The notes beneath the pieces were generated by a model. That model did no database searches and was not told the origin of the DNA. It worked only from the letters and a program-made list of their open reading frames with translations. Of a stretch of DNA of 9,300 nt, positions 1-9,300 are shown piece after piece; position 1 is the first letter of the stretch; every line of letters begins with the position of its first letter. The DNA comes from Candidatus Heimdallarchaeota archaeon. GTDB lineage: Archaea; Asgardarchaeota; Heimdallarchaeia; Heimdallarchaeales; Heimdallarchaeaceae. A program made the translations under genes and the position numbers. The stretch spans positions 1 through 9,300 of the forward strand of contig JAEOTE010000006.1 in NCBI GenBank assembly GCA_016839945.1, in the 5' to 3' direction.

Positions 1-237
<237 letters not shown>

Positions 238-315
238 CTAATTCTTAAGGTTTATCGTGAGTAGTTGTGAGAAAATAAGTTCTTTAAAATAATGAAATTT
301 TAAGTTTAAAGAGTT

Positions 316-3752
<3,437 letters not shown>

Positions 3753-3805
3753 TTAAGTATGAAGATTAAGCGGTAAAATCTAATTAAAGTAAAAAATACT
3801 TGATT

Positions 3806-3890
3806 TGGAGCCACGACGGGGATTTGAACCCCGGAGTCTATCGACAATAGATTAGCAATCTATCCTCATACCAGGCTTGAGTATCGTGGC
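3806..3890 (-). tRNA. tRNA-Ser (anticodon GCU), class II with long variable arm, CCA encoded
   Basis: The reverse complement is GCCACGA-UA-CUCA-AGCCUGGUA-UGAG-G-AUAGA-UUGCUAA-UCUAU-UGUCGAUAGACUC-CGGGG-UUCAAAU-CCCCG-UCGUGGC-U-CCA. It folds by hand into a 7-bp acceptor stem, 4-bp D stem, 5-bp anticodon stem and 7-nt loop with GCU at 34-36 (plus-strand agc at 3854-3856). It also has a 13-nt variable arm with a GUC/GAC stem, a 5-bp T stem and a UUCAAAU T loop. A T-run follows on the minus strand. Confidence 0.93.
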
Positions 3891-3916
3891 TGTTTTATTG
3901 ACTCCGCTTATTCTTT

Positions 3917-3924
3917 GATTTAAA
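3917..3924 (-). promoter_or_regulatory. Candidate archaeal TATA box (TTTAAATC on the minus strand) for tRNA-Ser
   Basis: The reverse complement of gatttaaa lies about 27-34 nt upstream of tRNA position 1. That spacing suits an archaeal TATA-to-TSS distance with a short leader. This rests on motif and spacing only. Confidence 0.3.
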
Positions 3925-3985
3925 CATTTCGACTTTTTGCTTAACTATTAAATACATAACATTCTTTACTCTCCAATAGCAAAGA

Positions 3986-3995
3986 TTAAAAATAA
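3986..3995 (+). promoter_or_regulatory. Candidate TATA-like box (TTAAAAATAA) for the 5S-like RNA gene
   Basis: This A/T box lies about 20-30 nt upstream of 4014/4015, where the leader strand of the closing helix begins. It rests on motif and spacing only, in a region that is about 80% A+T, so the false-positive risk is high. Confidence 0.25.
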
Positions 3996-4014
3996 TTTTT
4001 TTTCTATTCTTTTG

Positions 4015-4024
4015 CCTAGTAAGG
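4015..4024 (+). other. Leader strand (cctagtaagg) of a perfect 10-bp leader/trailer helix; partner at 4185-4194
   Basis: The reverse complement of ccttactagg (4185-4194) is exactly cctagtaagg (4015-4024). The helix can extend by t4025-a4184 and a g4014.t4195 wobble. Confidence 0.7.
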
Positions 4025-4027
4025 TCA

Positions 4028-4056
4028 GACAACATCTAGTTGTGTGCTAGATGGTC
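4028..4056 (+). other. Extra stem-loop between the closing helix and 5S segment B: gac-aa-catctag-[ttgtgtg]-ctagatg-gtc
   Basis: Perfect 7-bp inverted repeat catctag (4033-4039) / ctagatg (4047-4053), plus gac (4028-30) / gtc (4054-56) across a 2-nt aa bulge. It has no counterpart in canonical 5S rRNA. Confidence 0.55.
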
Positions 4057-4059
4057 GGG

Positions 4060-4205
<146 letters not shown>

Positions 4206-4211
4206 TACAAG

Positions 4212-4218
4212 AAAAAAA
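4212..4218 (-). terminator. Oligo-T tract (T7 on the minus strand) downstream of the flavodoxin-like gene
   Basis: The plus-strand A7 run at 4212-4218 lies about 16 nt past the minus-strand stop codon at 4234-4236. Confidence 0.4.
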
Positions 4219-4233
4219 GAGAAGAAATCAGAA

Positions 4234-4731
4234 TTATAACTTTTCTTTTAATTGTTCTCCAAACAATTTAGCTCTTTCTAAATCTTCTTCCGTCGGGCAA
4301 CCCTCATTGTCTTTCACTTCTCCTCCCATTCGGACAGCACCTTTGCAGTAATATCTTTCTTGTAGTATTGTTACTTGTTTGTTTCGAGTTAATATTGCTT
4401 CCATCTGCTCAAACATTATTTCTTTTAATTTCCTTGGATGTTCTGAATTCTCTGTTTTCCAGTGCACTTCTTCAGGTCCTCCACTTGTAAAGAATAATGC
4501 TACTTTCTTACCTTCAATACCTCTTTTTTTCAGTTTTTTTAGATATCGGGAACCTCCGATACTAATTCTCCCCATCATCATCCAAGATCCTACAACTACC
4601 AAGTCATATTCATTTAAGTCAGGTATGTTCTTGTTATCCTTAATATCTGCTCCCAAACCTTCAGCTATTTTTTCAGCTACCTCTTTTGTGTTTCCACCAC
4701 GTGAATTATATAGTACTATAGCTTTAATCAT
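4234..4731 (-). CDS. Flavodoxin-like protein (FMN-binding fold); likely true start at M17 of the listed ORF
   Basis: From M17 the ORF reads MIKAIVLYNSRGGNTKEVAEKIAEGL..., the typical flavodoxin N-terminus with the S/T-x-x-G-N-T phosphate-binding loop. Next come DLVVVGSW and VALFFTSGG beta-strand motifs. The first 16 codons of the 181-aa ORF (4732-4779) are Ile/Tyr/Lys-rich and cover an AAAATATAT TATA-like box about 20 nt upstream of the ATG at 4731-4729, so they are probably not translated. Confidence 0.75.
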   Translation of the reverse strand: MIKAIVLYNSRGGNTKEVAEKIAEGLGADIKDNKNIPDLNEYDLVVVGSWMMMGRISIGGSRYLKKLKKRGIEGKKVALFFTSGGPEEVHWKTENSEHPRKLKEIMFEQMEAILTRNKQVTILQERYYCKGAVRMGGEVKDNEGCPTEEDLERAKLFGEQLKEKL

Positions 4732-4766
4732 AATAATCAGATAGAGATATATTTTGAATTTATTAA

Positions 4767-5282
<516 letters not shown>

Positions 5283-5291
5283 TTCAAAATA

Positions 5292-5951
5292 TCAGACTTT
5301 CTTAAATTGGGATTTTTGTGGTTGATAAATAACCCCATCATCAATTAGATTATTTATAATTGATTGAACGGTCTGATTATCTAGTTTTGATTTCCTACAG
5401 ATTTCATCAAAATGTATTGTTTCTTCAGTATCAGATATTATTGACCAAATAAGTTCTTTTTCCTTCGAATCATGAACTTGTGCAACTTCTGCTTCAGTTG
5501 GAATAACTAAACCTTTCTTCAGATATCGCTTCGCTTTTTTCAATCTTAAATACAATTCTTTATCGAAAGATTCAATTTTAATGACTTGGTCAGGAAGTAA
5601 ATAGATTTCTCCTTCACTTTCTCTTGGTCTCCCTATTATGTCTAAATGTTCTCCTTGTTTGAATGTGTTTAGAAGGTCAGCGGTTTCTTCCCAAGCTTTA
5701 ATTCGAATTGTATCTGTTCCATCATCTATTGTCAGAGTTGCAAATGCTTTTTTTGTTTCATCTGCTGAACTGTAATATGTATCAACTAGTAAGCCATTTA
5801 TTCGTATTTTATAGATTTTTTCCCCATTCATCGTGGATAAAATCCAACGACTATATTGTTCTTCACCTTCTTTTGCTAGTCTCCCCTCTACTACATCAAA
5901 GATATACAATAATATTGGAGGAGTAGGAGTAAATTCACTCATCTTTGTCAC
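5292..5951 (-). CDS. OB-fold plus C-terminal winged-helix protein, RPA2 (RPA32)/Stn1-like putative ssDNA-binding subunit
   Basis: 219 aa. The central region YKIRINGLLVD...FATLTIDDGTDTIRIKAWEETADLLNTFKQGEHLDIIGRPRESEGEIYLLP has the strand pattern of an OB fold of the RPA2/Stn1 type. The C-terminal 60 aa (ELIWSIISDTEETIHFDEICRKSKLDNQTVQSIINNLIDDGVIYQ) look like a winged helix-turn-helix. The assignment is by pattern only. The start could be M1 (5951) or M4 (5942). Confidence 0.5.
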   Translation of the reverse strand: MTKMSEFTPTPPILLYIFDVVEGRLAKEGEEQYSRWILSTMNGEKIYKIRINGLLVDTYYSSADETKKAFATLTIDDGTDTIRIKAWEETADLLNTFKQGEHLDIIGRPRESEGEIYLLPDQVIKIESFDKELYLRLKKAKRYLKKGLVIPTEAEVAQVHDSKEKELIWSIISDTEETIHFDEICRKSKLDNQTVQSIINNLIDDGVIYQPQKSQFKKV

Positions 5952-6033
5952 GGTATTATGTTTATTTTAATTCAATATTTATATCCAAAAATGTTTCTAT
6001 TATCTTGTTTAAAAATTACTAAGAGAGCATTAA

Positions 6034-7392
<1,359 letters not shown>

Positions 7393-7611
7393 TATTTCCT
7401 TTCAAGAAGCAGGTACACACACTATTTTGGACGCAAAAAAACCTTCAAAATTTGATTTTTTTAATATTTTAGACATTTTCTTTATCTAGCGTGAATTTTT
7501 GCGGTTTACATAAGTTATACCAATGTGTTTTTAAAGGATAAACTATCTTTTTTTATAGGAGAAATTGTCTTAAAAAACATCCGACTAAAAGCGTTTAACG
7601 GCAGAAATCTG

Positions 7612-7629
7612 GTTCCAAGGATTTGGAAC
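7612..7629 (+). repeat. Perfect 7-bp inverted repeat GTTCCAA-ggat-TTGGAAC, 28 nt upstream of the gyrB ATG
   Basis: Read directly: 7612-7618 gttccaa, 7619-7622 ggat, 7623-7629 ttggaac. It is either a 5'-UTR hairpin or a palindromic operator. Possible TATA-like boxes (ttttaaagg at about 7529-7537, tttttatagg at about 7550-7559) lie upstream. Confidence 0.4.
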
Positions 7630-7638
7630 AAATTATAA

Positions 7639-9300
<1,662 letters not shown>

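Noticed and set aside
4379-4744. Plus-strand ORF 4379..4744 (121 aa)
   Set aside because: It is antisense to the flavodoxin-like gene, and its Phe/Ser/Ile-rich sequence is typical of the reverse frame of an A-rich coding strand.
5708-5926. Plus-strand ORF 5708..5926 (72 aa)
   Set aside because: It is a shadow ORF antisense to the OB-fold gene, with leucine/histidine-rich low-complexity sequence.
7393-7611. C/D-box or other sRNA in the long mtaB-like / gyrB spacer
   Set aside because: I found no RUGAUGA/CUGA box pairs, no G+C island and no extended helices by eye. The region looks like ordinary A/T-rich promoter DNA.

Overview
This is an AT-rich, archaeal-looking chromosomal segment: TATA-type promoters, oligo-T terminators, an archaeal-type tRNA and 5S motifs, and a CDKAL1/e-MtaB-type methylthiotransferase. 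The phylum cannot be assigned without searches. On the minus strand, from the right: hypE and hypF ([NiFe]-hydrogenase maturation, overlapping by 7 nt if the GTG start is used). These are followed by the first 48 codons of a complex-I subunit-H-like membrane protein (HycD/EchB/MbhM/NuoH family) that runs off the left edge. The middle holds tRNA-Ser(GCU) on the minus strand, a G+C-rich structured-RNA island on the plus strand, a flavodoxin-like gene (minus), a small conserved hypothetical (plus), and an OB-fold plus winged-helix RPA2-like gene (minus). The right side holds an archaeal/eukaryal-type radical-SAM methylthiotransferase (plus) and the first 548 codons of gyrB (plus, runs off the right edge). 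The main finding is the G+C-rich island at about 4015-4200. It carries every hallmark of an archaeal 5S rRNA, but in circularly permuted order. The 3' two-thirds (loop B 3' side, helix II 3' strand, helices V/IV, loop E) lies upstream of the 5' third (loop A, helix II 5' strand, helix III, loop C with CCGAAC). The normal 5S termini are fused into a short capped hairpin. The new termini are bracketed by a perfect 10-bp leader/trailer helix that sits between a TATA-like box and an oligo-T tract. I saw no CRISPR arrays, transposases or other mobile elements.
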